Below are positions 49,791 to 59,600 of a stretch of 64,000 bases of DNA, piece after piece. Made by a program: the position numbers and the translations under genes. Source of the DNA: Bdellovibrionota bacterium (GTDB taxonomy: Bacteria > Bdellovibrionota_C > UBA2361 > CAKMMH01); contig JBMNLI010000017.1 of NCBI GenBank assembly GCA_050952645.1, positions 64,001-128,000 of the forward strand, written 5' to 3'. The notes under the pieces were generated by a model. That model ran no database searches. It saw only the letters and a list, made by a program, of their open reading frames with translations, and was not told the origin of the DNA. Positions within the stretch are counted from its first letter, which is position 1. Every line of letters begins with the position of its first letter.

Positions 49791-50327
49791 ATGTATTCTC
49801 CTGATGAGATAAGCGAGATTTTTGAAAAGATTTCTGACTATTACCAAGAACCTGTAAATATAGGCTCAAGGTGTCAAAGCAATTACTATTATAGAGTAGA
49901 AAATTTAAGTGAAAAAGATTTAAATATATGTGCTGAGCACGTAGCATATAGGATAAGAAATGTCCTATCTCCACAAGAACCACAACTATTTATAAAACTC
50001 CCTGGAGGATATAGTTTTTTTGCTGAAAGATTATACGCAGTTTTTTCAGAGATAATTTCAAACTCTGAAGAAATAGCATTTGAGCAATATTTAAAAAATC
50101 AAATTCAAAGTGGCTATCTCGATAAATACAAAGGTTATAACACGGTGCTTATTACCGATGTTATTACAACGGCTAGGTCAACACTAGAGGCTCACACTAA
50201 GCTTTCCTTAAGGGGCATTCCAATTCTATCTTGGGTTGCCCTAATAGATAGAACCTTTGGCCCTGGCCCCGTGCCGGTAATTTCAGCATACACAGGAAGC
50301 CCAGTAAAGTTGTTAAATAATTACTAA
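49791..50327 (+). CDS. Phosphoribosyltransferase-fold protein (divergent PyrE-like)
   Basis: 'VLITDVITTARST' PRPP-loop variant, N-terminal SNYY and C-terminal ALIDR. Confidence 0.6.
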   Translation: MYSPDEISEIFEKISDYYQEPVNIGSRCQSNYYYRVENLSEKDLNICAEHVAYRIRNVLSPQEPQLFIKLPGGYSFFAERLYAVFSEIISNSEEIAFEQYLKNQIQSGYLDKYKGYNTVLITDVITTARSTLEAHTKLSLRGIPILSWVALIDRTFGPGPVPVISAYTGSPVKLLNNY

Positions 50328-50376
50328 AACAGATAATAAAAAATAAACAAAACAAATGAACAAAAAATAATTTTAC

Positions 50377-52317
50377 TTATCCTTTTGCTAAATTTATAAG
50401 CTCTTCTTCAGAAATAATTTTTATCGCTAACTCTTTTGCCTTAATATTTTTACTAGAGTTTGAAGTGATATCATTATTTATTAAATAATTAACATTACTA
50501 GAAATAGCTTTCAAAACTTTTCCCCCTTTACTTTCTATATATTCTACGAGTTCATCTCTATTTTTAAAACTGTTTGTGCTCCCAGTTATAACGAAATTTA
50601 TACTATTTAAAGTTTTATTATCACTAGTTTCTTTTATTATATTTATTTCTTTTTTTAAATTTTCAAATTCTCTTAGAAAATCGCTATCGCTAAAAACTTC
50701 TACCCACGCTTTTGCAACGCCCTCTCCAATGCCATCTATTTGATTTAATTCTTCAAAAGTTAAGTTACTTATTTTTTCCAAATCATCATTAAAGTAATTA
50801 CATATAAGCTTTGCTCTAGCTTGGCCAATTTCAGGAATGCCAAGAGCGTAAATAAAGTTTGCAAGCTTTATGCTCCTAGACTTTTCTACCGCTTCGATTA
50901 AATTGCTGTATGATTTTTCTCCAAACCCTTCAAATAAAATTATCTTCTCTCTATATTGCTCTAGTTTATATAAGTCAGAGTAAGCTTTGACCATGCCTTC
51001 ATCATAAAGTTTATTTAAAATCGCATCTGAAATTCCTTCTATATTCATAGCGTTTCTGCTTACAAATAAACTTAATTTTTTTAAAAATTTAGCTGGGCAA
51101 AACTCATTAGTGCAATACAAATATTCCGTATCATTTTCAGATATTATCGTAGCTTTATGTGCGCATACTGGGCATTTATCAGGAATAAGAAGATTATCGC
51201 TTTTAGTTTCGTTGCTAGCAACTTGAGGAATTATCATATTTGCTTTATAAACTAAGATGGTATCACCTAACCCAAGCTCAAGACCTTTTAAAATCGAAAT
51301 ATTGTGAAGTGATGCACGAGAAACCGTAGTCCCCTCTAGCTCGACACTATCGAATACCGCAACTGGATTTATAAGCCCAGTTCTTGAAACTAACCAATCT
51401 ACACTTCTTAATACCGTTTTAGCAGTTTCATCTTGCCATTTAAAAGCCAAGGAGTGTTTAGGGTATTTAGCCGTTATACCTAAACTTTCCGAGTATAAAA
51501 TATCATCAAAGGTAAGCACTAATCCATCAGACGGTATATCGTAATCGTTTATTTTTTCTTTAAACTTTAAAACTGCACTTTCAACATTACCTTTATTTAC
51601 GCTTACGCTTTCTACTACATTAAAGCCTAAGGTTTTTAAAAAATCGAAACACTTATTTTTAGAGTTTGAAATAAAATCTGATGCCTCTACTAAAGAAAAG
51701 ATAATGCAAAAAACATTTCTAGTAGCCACAACGGAGCTATCTTTTTGTCTAACAGACCCTGAACATAAATTGCGAGGATTTTTATAAATATCTCCAGCCT
51801 CTTTATTCATACGATTAAAATCTGAGTATTTTATTACTGCCTCTCCACGAAGCACTAGTTTTCCTTTATAATCTATAGAAAGCGGAATATTTTTAAAACG
51901 CTTAACATTTTCAGTTATAACCTCTCCGACTATGCCGTTTCCTCTAGTAACTCCGCTTACAAGCGTGCCATTTTCATAAGTTAAAACTATAGTTATACCG
52001 TCTAGCTTCCAAGATAAAAGCCCAAGTTTATCGCCAAGGAAATTTATAAGCTCTCCTACTTGTTTAGTCTTTTCTAAAGATAACATCGGGCTTGTGTGAG
52101 TAGCGTGAGCTAACGCCCCTAAAACCTCTGGCTCTACATTTATGCTTGGGCTATTAGGAAGAACTACACTAGTTTCTTTTTCTAACTCTCTTAATTTATC
52201 GAACAAGGCATCGTATTCAAAATCTGACATTATCGATTTATTTTCTCTATAATAAGAAGTTGCAGCCTTATTTAAAGTTTCTACAAGCGTTTTCATCTCG
52301 TTTAGTTTTTTATCCAC
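50377..52317 (-). CDS. ligA: NAD-dependent DNA ligase
   Basis: PMLSL, KLDG, RGE, NPRN, DG.V, AFKW, SRTG.I.P and RASLHN motifs, a Zn finger and a BRCT domain. Confidence 0.96.
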   Translation of the reverse strand: MDKKLNEMKTLVETLNKAATSYYRENKSIMSDFEYDALFDKLRELEKETSVVLPNSPSINVEPEVLGALAHATHTSPMLSLEKTKQVGELINFLGDKLGLLSWKLDGITIVLTYENGTLVSGVTRGNGIVGEVITENVKRFKNIPLSIDYKGKLVLRGEAVIKYSDFNRMNKEAGDIYKNPRNLCSGSVRQKDSSVVATRNVFCIIFSLVEASDFISNSKNKCFDFLKTLGFNVVESVSVNKGNVESAVLKFKEKINDYDIPSDGLVLTFDDILYSESLGITAKYPKHSLAFKWQDETAKTVLRSVDWLVSRTGLINPVAVFDSVELEGTTVSRASLHNISILKGLELGLGDTILVYKANMIIPQVASNETKSDNLLIPDKCPVCAHKATIISENDTEYLYCTNEFCPAKFLKKLSLFVSRNAMNIEGISDAILNKLYDEGMVKAYSDLYKLEQYREKIILFEGFGEKSYSNLIEAVEKSRSIKLANFIYALGIPEIGQARAKLICNYFNDDLEKISNLTFEELNQIDGIGEGVAKAWVEVFSDSDFLREFENLKKEINIIKETSDNKTLNSINFVITGSTNSFKNRDELVEYIESKGGKVLKAISSNVNYLINNDITSNSSKNIKAKELAIKIISEEELINLAKG

Positions 52318-52439
52318 TACTTATACTCCTTAAAAATCAAGGTTTGAGGCTCTTTACACACGTGCAAGCACACGCAAGAACTAATTTTCTGGTTCTTCAC
52401 GTTTTAGGTGGGCTTAGAAAAATTGTTTTTCGGGGGTTA

Positions 52440-54332
52440 ATAGGGTAGAGCGAGGGCTATACCCTCTCCCTCCCGTCGCACCGTACGTACGGGTCTCGTA
52501 TACGGCGCTCCATTAATATAATATCAAGTAATACTCAGGTAATACGTCAAAGGGTCGATTAAACCAATTCGTTCCTTTGTTTTACGCCCCAATATTTTAG
52601 GGCTTAAGCATAATTCACTACGTACCACGAACTGCGTCTATACCAGCCGAGTCTGCTGTTAGCAACCTTATAGATTTCTTCATTTCTAAAATTGCAACCA
52701 AGCATTCGGTTCAATTTCTTAAGATTTAGATAGATTCGTCTCGGCAATTTCCACTGTTTAAGTATTATAACCCTCACTTTGTGTCTAAGCCATTGACCAT
52801 ATTTATCTATAAAAGTCTTAAGAGTTCCTATCTTATAATAGTTTATCCAACCTTTAATTAACCAGCTTAGCTGTTGAAATGTCGAACCTAACGTTCGTGC
52901 CATTGCCTTCCGTCTACAAAGAATTTCTCTAGTTTTATCATAGAGTTTTCGTTTGCGATCTTCAGCAGGTTTACATTTCCAAGTTTTATACCCACTCTTC
53001 CAGTAGGTAAAGCCTAAGAAAGTGCTTTCCGTCGGCCTAGAGATTTTACTCTTACTTGAATTAATTTTAAGTCGTAGCTTACGCTCCAACCAACTCGCAA
53101 CGGACTTCATTACTCTATTAGCAGCCTTTTCACTTCTAACAAATATATTACAGTCATCGGCATATCTAACAAACTTAAGTCCTCTTGCTTCCAGTTCCTT
53201 GTCGAGCTTATCAAGGTATATGTTAGATAATACTGGGGATAATGGACCTCCTTGCGGAACTCCTTTCTCACTTACAGTAAACAATCCATCTTCCATTATA
53301 CCAGCTCTTAAGAACTGTCTTATCAATCGTAGTGTCTTCGCATCTTTGATGCGTTCCCTGATTATCGAAATTAATTTGTCGTGATTAACAGTATCAAAAT
53401 ATTTCTCTATGTCTAGGTCTATAACCCAATCATAGCCTCTTTTCAAGTACTCAAGAGTTCTATATACTGCTAGATGGCAATTCCTTCTAGGTCTAAAGCC
53501 ATAGCTACTATTACTAAAATACTTTTCGTATCCGCGTGCTAGTATTTGCGCTACCGCTTGTTGAATTACCCTATCTACTACTGTAGGTATTCCTAAAGGT
53601 CTCATCTTACCATTAGCTTTAGGTATATACACTCTCTTAACTGGACTCGGCTTATAATTCCCTTCACGTATCTGAGATTTTATCTCTTCTCTGTGAACGG
53701 CAAAATAGTCTTCAAGCTCATCTACTGGCATATCATCTACACCAGATGCACCTTTATTTCGCTTAACAGCCTTTATAGCCTCATCTATATTTTTGTCTGA
53801 TATAATCAGTTCAATCAATTCCACCTGTTGCTCCTCCCTCTGTTTGTAAAGCTACTAGAAAACACCCCCTCTATCTTCTGCCCCCACAGGTTACGTTCCT
53901 GTTTGTTAGGCATATCTTCAATTTCGGACTCTTCTAGCCTTGCTTACAGTGATTCACAATATATTAACGTTCAACCCTTCCTTGAGTGGTGTCTCAAGTA
54001 CTATGGTATCAACTGACTTCCAGATATAAGCTTTATATCGCACGTGCATAGCACGCTATCTGGACCTCCCGGGGTAAGGCATAGTTCTTTCACCAGACAA
54101 CCTCCAGATTTACTCGTTTGGTTTTACGTTTGTCTTTAGGGCTTCGGTTTGTAGCGCAACCTCACCCACCATTTAGCCTTGTATCTGGTTTCTGTTCGTA
54201 GGCTCCTTGGTTTTGATCCGCCACTTCCTTCACTCTAACATTACTGCTTCGAGCTTGTGGCATCACTACACTTGGTGACAACTACCCGTGACGGGACTTT
54301 CACCCGCTAGAACTATGTCGTGCCCGGCACAC
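52440..54332 (-). mobile_element. Group IIC intron (1893 nt)
   Basis: 5' end GTGTG at 54332. Short domain V GCGCCGTATACGAGACCCGTACGTACGGTGC with the CGC triad. Domain VI has a bulged A and ends ..CCCTAT. The encoded RT lacks an endonuclease domain. Confidence 0.93.
52604..53824 (-). CDS. ltrA: Group II intron reverse transcriptase/maturase (C-terminus frameshifted; full frame would end at 52524)
   Basis: RPLGIPTVVDRVIQQA, SYGFRP, DIEKYFD, GVPQGGPLSP, RYADD, FLGF and GWINYY motifs. GTG start after GGAGGAG. Confidence 0.93.
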   Translation of the reverse strand: MELIELIISDKNIDEAIKAVKRNKGASGVDDMPVDELEDYFAVHREEIKSQIREGNYKPSPVKRVYIPKANGKMRPLGIPTVVDRVIQQAVAQILARGYEKYFSNSSYGFRPRRNCHLAVYRTLEYLKRGYDWVIDLDIEKYFDTVNHDKLISIIRERIKDAKTLRLIRQFLRAGIMEDGLFTVSEKGVPQGGPLSPVLSNIYLDKLDKELEARGLKFVRYADDCNIFVRSEKAANRVMKSVASWLERKLRLKINSSKSKISRPTESTFLGFTYWKSGYKTWKCKPAEDRKRKLYDKTREILCRRKAMARTLGSTFQQLSWLIKGWINYYKIGTLKTFIDKYGQWLRHKVRVIILKQWKLPRRIYLNLKKLNRMLGCNFRNEEIYKVANSRLGWYRRSSWYVVNYA

Positions 54333-54555
54333 GCTTAAAAGAAAATTGGCTTTTATAGAAAACTATCTATAGTTTAAAGAGAAATTACAACTATACTTAA
54401 AGTAATTTATTTTATGCAAATTTCTTTAAAGTCAATTTTCTTTTGGGCTTCGCCTGAGGTGAGTGATACTAACTTTAAGGTCTTTACCCCACTTAAAACG
54501 TGAAAAACTAATTTTCATATCTTATATTAAGTAAATATTTAATTTAGATAAAGAG

Positions 54556-55363
54556 CAAAAATTCCACTGTTTTACGTATGCTATTTTTAAGAGAGTAAAA
54601 GTTTGGTCATTTGAAGTTCTGCTTTTGTTTATTCGCGATCGTACCAATCGCTAGCAACCTTAATTTTTTTTATTTCAGACAAACGTCTAATAGCATCATT
54701 TATTCTCTCGCTGGGTTTAATACCCCGTTGCTTGCAACGGAGATGCCTTGAGTGTGAATGCACTCAAGGACGGAACACGACTGCAATTAGTTATATACAT
54801 TGCAATAAGCTTAAGTGTTCCGTTTCGCGAAGCGTTAAAATACCCCCGCTACGCGAAGCGTAGTCGGCTGTCTAGTAGACAGCCGAGTGCTTGCACCGTG
54901 GGTAGTTTATTTTCTTTTATAATTTTTAATATGCTATACCAAAACTAAAGAGCTATATGATTTATAAACATCCAACCTTGAAACTTGTCATCATCTGACA
55001 TAAATTGTGCATCTGCCTTCAATGTCGTTTTTAAAGTATCAAACGTTTGCTCTATCGTTGTCCTCATTTTATACATAGTATAAATATCTTCAGGGGGGAG
55101 ATCTTTGTTAGAAAAAAGTGCGATAGTGCCTATAGTAATTTTTCTGCTACGCTTCTTTGTTGTTAATGTCAATATAGCAAACCTCTCTCTCTGTCTTTTG
55201 CTCTATACTTTGTTGCCCAAGATGAGTATTTATGTTGTTTTTTTATCATACGTATATACGTATACTATTTTAGCACTTTATACAAGTACTTTTTAAAACT
55301 TTTTAAATGATTTCAATATGTTATGTAATTAAAATTATATACGTAAAAGAAGGGAAAGTTTGG
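54556..55363 (-). mobile_element. Internally deleted IS1634-like (IS4-superfamily DDE) remnant, parent of repeat B
   Basis: Ends match the MITE inverted repeats. Transposase pieces: N-terminus MIKKQHKYSSWATKYRAK, core 'IYTMYKMRTTIEQTFDTLK..FINHIAL*', and C-terminus INDAIRRLSEIKKIK..W. Confidence 0.75.
54699..54911. mobile_element. ~210 bp GC-rich multi-hairpin insertion (REP/PATE-like) inside the IS remnant
   Basis: At least six palindromes, bounded by TTTATT direct repeats. It interrupts the transposase reading frame. Confidence 0.65.
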
Positions 55364-55428
55364 ATAAATTGAATGTCATTTGAGCATTGCAATTAGAGCT
55401 AAATCGTATTAACACTTAATTTTAAAAT

Positions 55429-55457
55429 AAAAAAGAGCTCCTTGAATCGAGGAGCTC
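55429..55457 (-). terminator. Rho-independent terminator
   Basis: Minus strand GAGCTCCTCGATTCAAGGAGCTC followed by TTTTT, downstream of the 55503-56375 ORF. Confidence 0.8.
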
Positions 55458-55502
55458 AAATGATCAATCATCGTTGACCGCGTCTACAGAATGTTGCCGT
55501 CG

Positions 55503-56375
55503 TTACGGTGCTACTTCATTGCCATTATTAGCTTCAGCCCGAACTCGTGCATCTAGTATCGCTTGATTCTTAGCGATATTATTATTCCTTTCTTCTCGCG
55601 TTATAATATGAAACTCGGCATCTCTAAGCTCTATAGCAAAGTCTTGATTTTGTAAAGCCGCTTTTGGAATACCAAGTAATTCTAAATGATAACTTGCAGC
55701 CTGAAAGCAAAAGCTTTCACAAGACGCAAGCATCTTATCGAGTTCATCTTTCGCCTCTGATATAGCCTTAAGTAGCTCATCATTTTTTTCTTTTTTAGCG
55801 AGTTCTTTTAACTTAGGGAATACCAAATCAGCAAGAACGCATTTATACTTTGCGGTTGCGACTTTAGCTAAAAACTTACGATCTGTTAAAAGCTTCTTAT
55901 CACTCTTTTTCGATAGCTCAAGTTTAGTACTCCTTACAAACTCAAGCACAGGCTCGGTAAAATCCTTATTTATTGAATTACAGTTGTTAGTAACTCTAGT
56001 GCCAGCACGTTTTTTACCAATAACTGAAATATCATTTACCTTACCTTGGAATGCGAGCGTATATTTTTCAAGCAAATTAAGCTTTCGCTCTAACGACATA
56101 TTAACATCGAGAGTGCGTTCACTTAACTTATATCCAAGCATGTTCCTAAAAAGATCCCAATTAGTTCTCTCGTTAAATTCCATCTTTTCTACAAAAGACC
56201 AACTAGGAATAAAAAGTTCCTCTTTAGGTTCAGTAGGATTGAAATTGAAAACTGGGCCAACATTCTTAGGCGAGTTGCCTTGTGCAACGCAAACTTGCAC
56301 TTGCGAAGTAGCAAACAATGCCAAACACGCTACTAGTAAAGTAGCAACAAATGGAACCTTCTTCTTCTTGTCCAT
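55503..56375 (-). CDS. Hypothetical secreted helical protein
   Basis: Signal peptide, an RBS-like AAGGAGAGG upstream and its own terminator. Confidence 0.75.
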   Translation of the reverse strand: MDKKKKVPFVATLLVACLALFATSQVQVCVAQGNSPKNVGPVFNFNPTEPKEELFIPSWSFVEKMEFNERTNWDLFRNMLGYKLSERTLDVNMSLERKLNLLEKYTLAFQGKVNDISVIGKKRAGTRVTNNCNSINKDFTEPVLEFVRSTKLELSKKSDKKLLTDRKFLAKVATAKYKCVLADLVFPKLKELAKKEKNDELLKAISEAKDELDKMLASCESFCFQAASYHLELLGIPKAALQNQDFAIELRDAEFHIITREERNNNIAKNQAILDARVRAEANNGNEVAP

Positions 56376-56608
56376 AACCTTCTACCTCTCCTTTTTCTGA
56401 GCAGGTGAAAACCAGCTAAGCTAAATAGCAAAGCTTAAAAACAAATTATGCTTTTTAAAAAAGCGTAATTACCCTTTAAAAAAATAACATATCTAGGCTT
56501 TTAAATCAATTAAAATTTTAAATAGACAAACAGACAAAACAAATATATTAACTTATATTTTTTACTTCCTAAATTATACTAAATTACTCAAAACTTATTC
56601 TCTTTCTT

Positions 56609-59600
56609 TTAAGGTGCTAGAGGTGGTGGCACTATCATTCCATTATCTTCACAAGAACCACAAAGAGGCGCCATATAAGTAGAGCCATCATTTCTAATGC
56701 ATCGTGTTATAGGACACTTAAGAAACTACACACCTGCCACTTTCACACCTTAGTTTATAGCTATCACAATCTGCATCATTTTCGCAAAGCTTGCCATAAT
56801 TCTTTTCCCCAAGCGAACACCTGTATATATCATCCTCAAACCGTATACAATTACCTCCGCAACATTCTTCAGTCATACTGCCTGGCGTGCAACCTAAAGG
56901 TTTAAAATTCTCCCCAGACATACAATTATACTCTCCTTTACATTCGCCATTATCACACGTTCTTCCTTCGCCACAACACTCACCACCACATAACGGCTCA
57001 CGACAACAATATTCATAAATATCATGCGTATATATACGATCTATCTCACAGCAACCACTTCCTAAGTATGATGTATAAGCAACTTTACCCTCATCGCAAC
57101 ATTTAGAACCATCGTAAACTCTCTCTGTTGGGCAACACGTCCCATTTACAAACTTACCATCGCAACATTCACTTCTATCATTATAACAATCTTGCTCACT
57201 AGAACAGCAATTAGTTCCACAAGCATAAGAACCACTTTCGCAACTCGCTTGGCTTTCTAAACTTTTACTAGATACACTACTTACAGATTCCGCTTCATAA
57301 CTATTATAACTTCCACTAGATGTGCTACTTTCACTTTCGTTTGTACACCTACCAGTATTTTCATCATATGCCTCACCAGATGGACAACATGCAAATATCT
57401 CTGTTTCCCAATTGCTATATGCGCAATACTCTCCAAGTTTACAACAGGAAGAGCCACACGTTCCAGTCGTATTATCTGTAAGTGGGTTGCAACAAACATC
57501 TATTAGTTCTCCTGTAAAACTATTCGTCACACTCCCAACATAATAATCGTTAGGTCTAGCACAGCAACCTTGATAATCAGGATCATTTGAATCTGTATAA
57601 ACAGTCCCATCACAACAGTATTGCTTAGTATCAGAAGCACTTCTATAAACAGTTCCATTACAACACGTATAAGTTATTTTTCCAAGTATTAATTCATTTA
57701 TCATACTTTCATCTGCCTCTTTCAAGCTATTCTCTTGAGCTTCTGTTAGCGATGACATACATTTATCGGCATCACAGCATACACCAGAAGGACATTGAAC
57801 CTGTCCATCTTTAGAACAACACGATCTAGCTGGCACAACTTCCCGTGTTCCATCTTCATGAATACGAATATACCTAAAAGAATCTTTTATATCGGCACAA
57901 TATATAGCTTCTGGATCATCTCCCTCAACACCAGTTGGGCAACAACTCCCCCCACAGTAAACTGAATCCTCTAAACAACACACAGGTTCCCCAGAAGGAT
58001 TAAATTTCTCACCTTTCTCTATGCCTAATCCTTTAAGTTTAGGAGTTCCTTCAGGACAGCAATATCCCATAACATAGCTTTCACCATCAACTTGAACTAC
58101 TTCTTCGCCTGCTACAAAACCTTCACCGCAGTCAAAAGAGCATGTAAATGTTATATTGCTATTTTGATCCATATGATACTGTGCAATTTCTCCATCTTCA
58201 CAGCATAATTTTTCTCCGAACTCTCCTTCAAAATAATTCTCATCTTTGCAACAACCATCCCCGGGGTCGCCATTTTCTTTATTGCAACACCTATTATCAT
58301 TCCCACTAGGATTATTACCATCGATATTATCCATGCACGTATACCCAGCAGGACACGTACAGCCTACAAATGGTGGCAAACTACTAGAACTAGAATAACT
58401 ATCGCTATAAGAATAACTAGAAGAACTACTATAAAAATAATTTGGTCTACTTGAACTAGATTGAGAACTATAACTACTAAAAGATGAACTCGAACTTAAT
58501 GATACCGACACTCTACTTAACGAAGACGAAACGCTTCCTAGAGATATAGAAAAACTACTAGGTGCCAAAGAATAATTGCTAGACTTACTAGACAATGAAG
58601 AGCCACTAAATAAAGAACCGTTAGATATACTAGATACAGATGATATAACACTACTTAAAGAACTTAAGCTACTACTAGGCGATAAACTGCTTTTGCTACT
58701 AGACGATGAACTCTTACTAGAAGAGCTACTGCTAGATAAACTTTGCGAACTGCTTTTACTAAAACTACTTGAACTCAAACTTAAAGAGCTAGACGATGAA
58801 CTCTTACTACTAGATGATAAACTAGAACCTAAAGAGCTAGAAGAACTACTACTTAGCGAAGAACTACTACTTAGCGAAGAACTCTTACCACTAGATGAAC
58901 TGCTTTTGCTACTAGACGACGAACTAGGACTTAAAGAACTAAACGAACTACTACTAGGTGAACTACTCTTGCTCGAACTGCTTTTGCTACTAGAAGATAA
59001 GCTAGGACTTAAAGAGCTAGAAGAACTACTACTTAGCGAAGAACTCTTACTAGATGAAGAGCTAGAACTACTAGATGAAGAACTCTTACTTGAACTAGAA
59101 CTACTTTTACTACCAGAAGATGAACTACTACTAGACGAACTTGATAAGCTACTTTTACTACTTAACGATGAACTTTTACTTAAACTAGAACTTAATGAAC
59201 TAAAAGAACTACTACTAGGCGAACTACTCTTACTACTAGACGGACTACTACTAGATGAAGAACTCTTACTAGAACTGCTTGAACTAGGGCTACTAGAAGA
59301 ACTTAATGAACTGCTCTTGCTACTAGAAGATGAACTCTTACTAGAAGAACTACTCTTGCTTGAACTAGGACTTAAAGAACTACTTGACGAAGAACTTTTA
59401 CTAGAGCTACTTTTGCTACTAGAACTACTACTTAATGAACTAGCTGAACTGCTCTTACTACTAAAAGATAAACTACTCTTACTACTAGATAAAGAACTCT
59501 TACTAGAACTAGAACTTTTCTTACTAGAACTAGAACTTTTCTTACTAGAACTACTACTGCTAAGCGAACTACTAGAACTGCTAGGCGATAATGAACTACT

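Larger units (their letters stand above)
52391..54508 (+). repeat. Repeat-A copy split by the group II intron (52391-52439 and 54333-54508)
   Basis: Removing 52440-54332 restores GGGGTTA|GCTTAAAAGAAAATTGG, identical to array unit 2. Both outer inverted ends are present. Confidence 0.92.

Noticed and set aside
52604..53824. RT as a retron, DGR or defence RT
   Set aside because: The YADD motif, domain X and a complete ribozyme (GTGTG 5' end, domains V and VI) identify a group II intron. I found no template/variable repeat pair or msr-msd.
52391..54508. Repeat A as an integron attC site (IIC-attC intron)
   Set aside because: There are no RYYYAAC/GTTRRRY ends, the insertion junction is not the TTGT/T attC site, and there is no intI or cassette organisation.
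52379..54516. AACTAATTTTC direct repeat as a target-site duplication of repeat A
   Set aside because: It overlaps the right inverted repeat and is offset from the left end. It is better explained as the decayed end of a preceding tandem unit.
54748..54948. 66-aa ORF, or a tRNA, in the GC-rich hairpin island
   Set aside because: There is no cloverleaf, T-loop or CCA, and the ORF merely spans palindromes.
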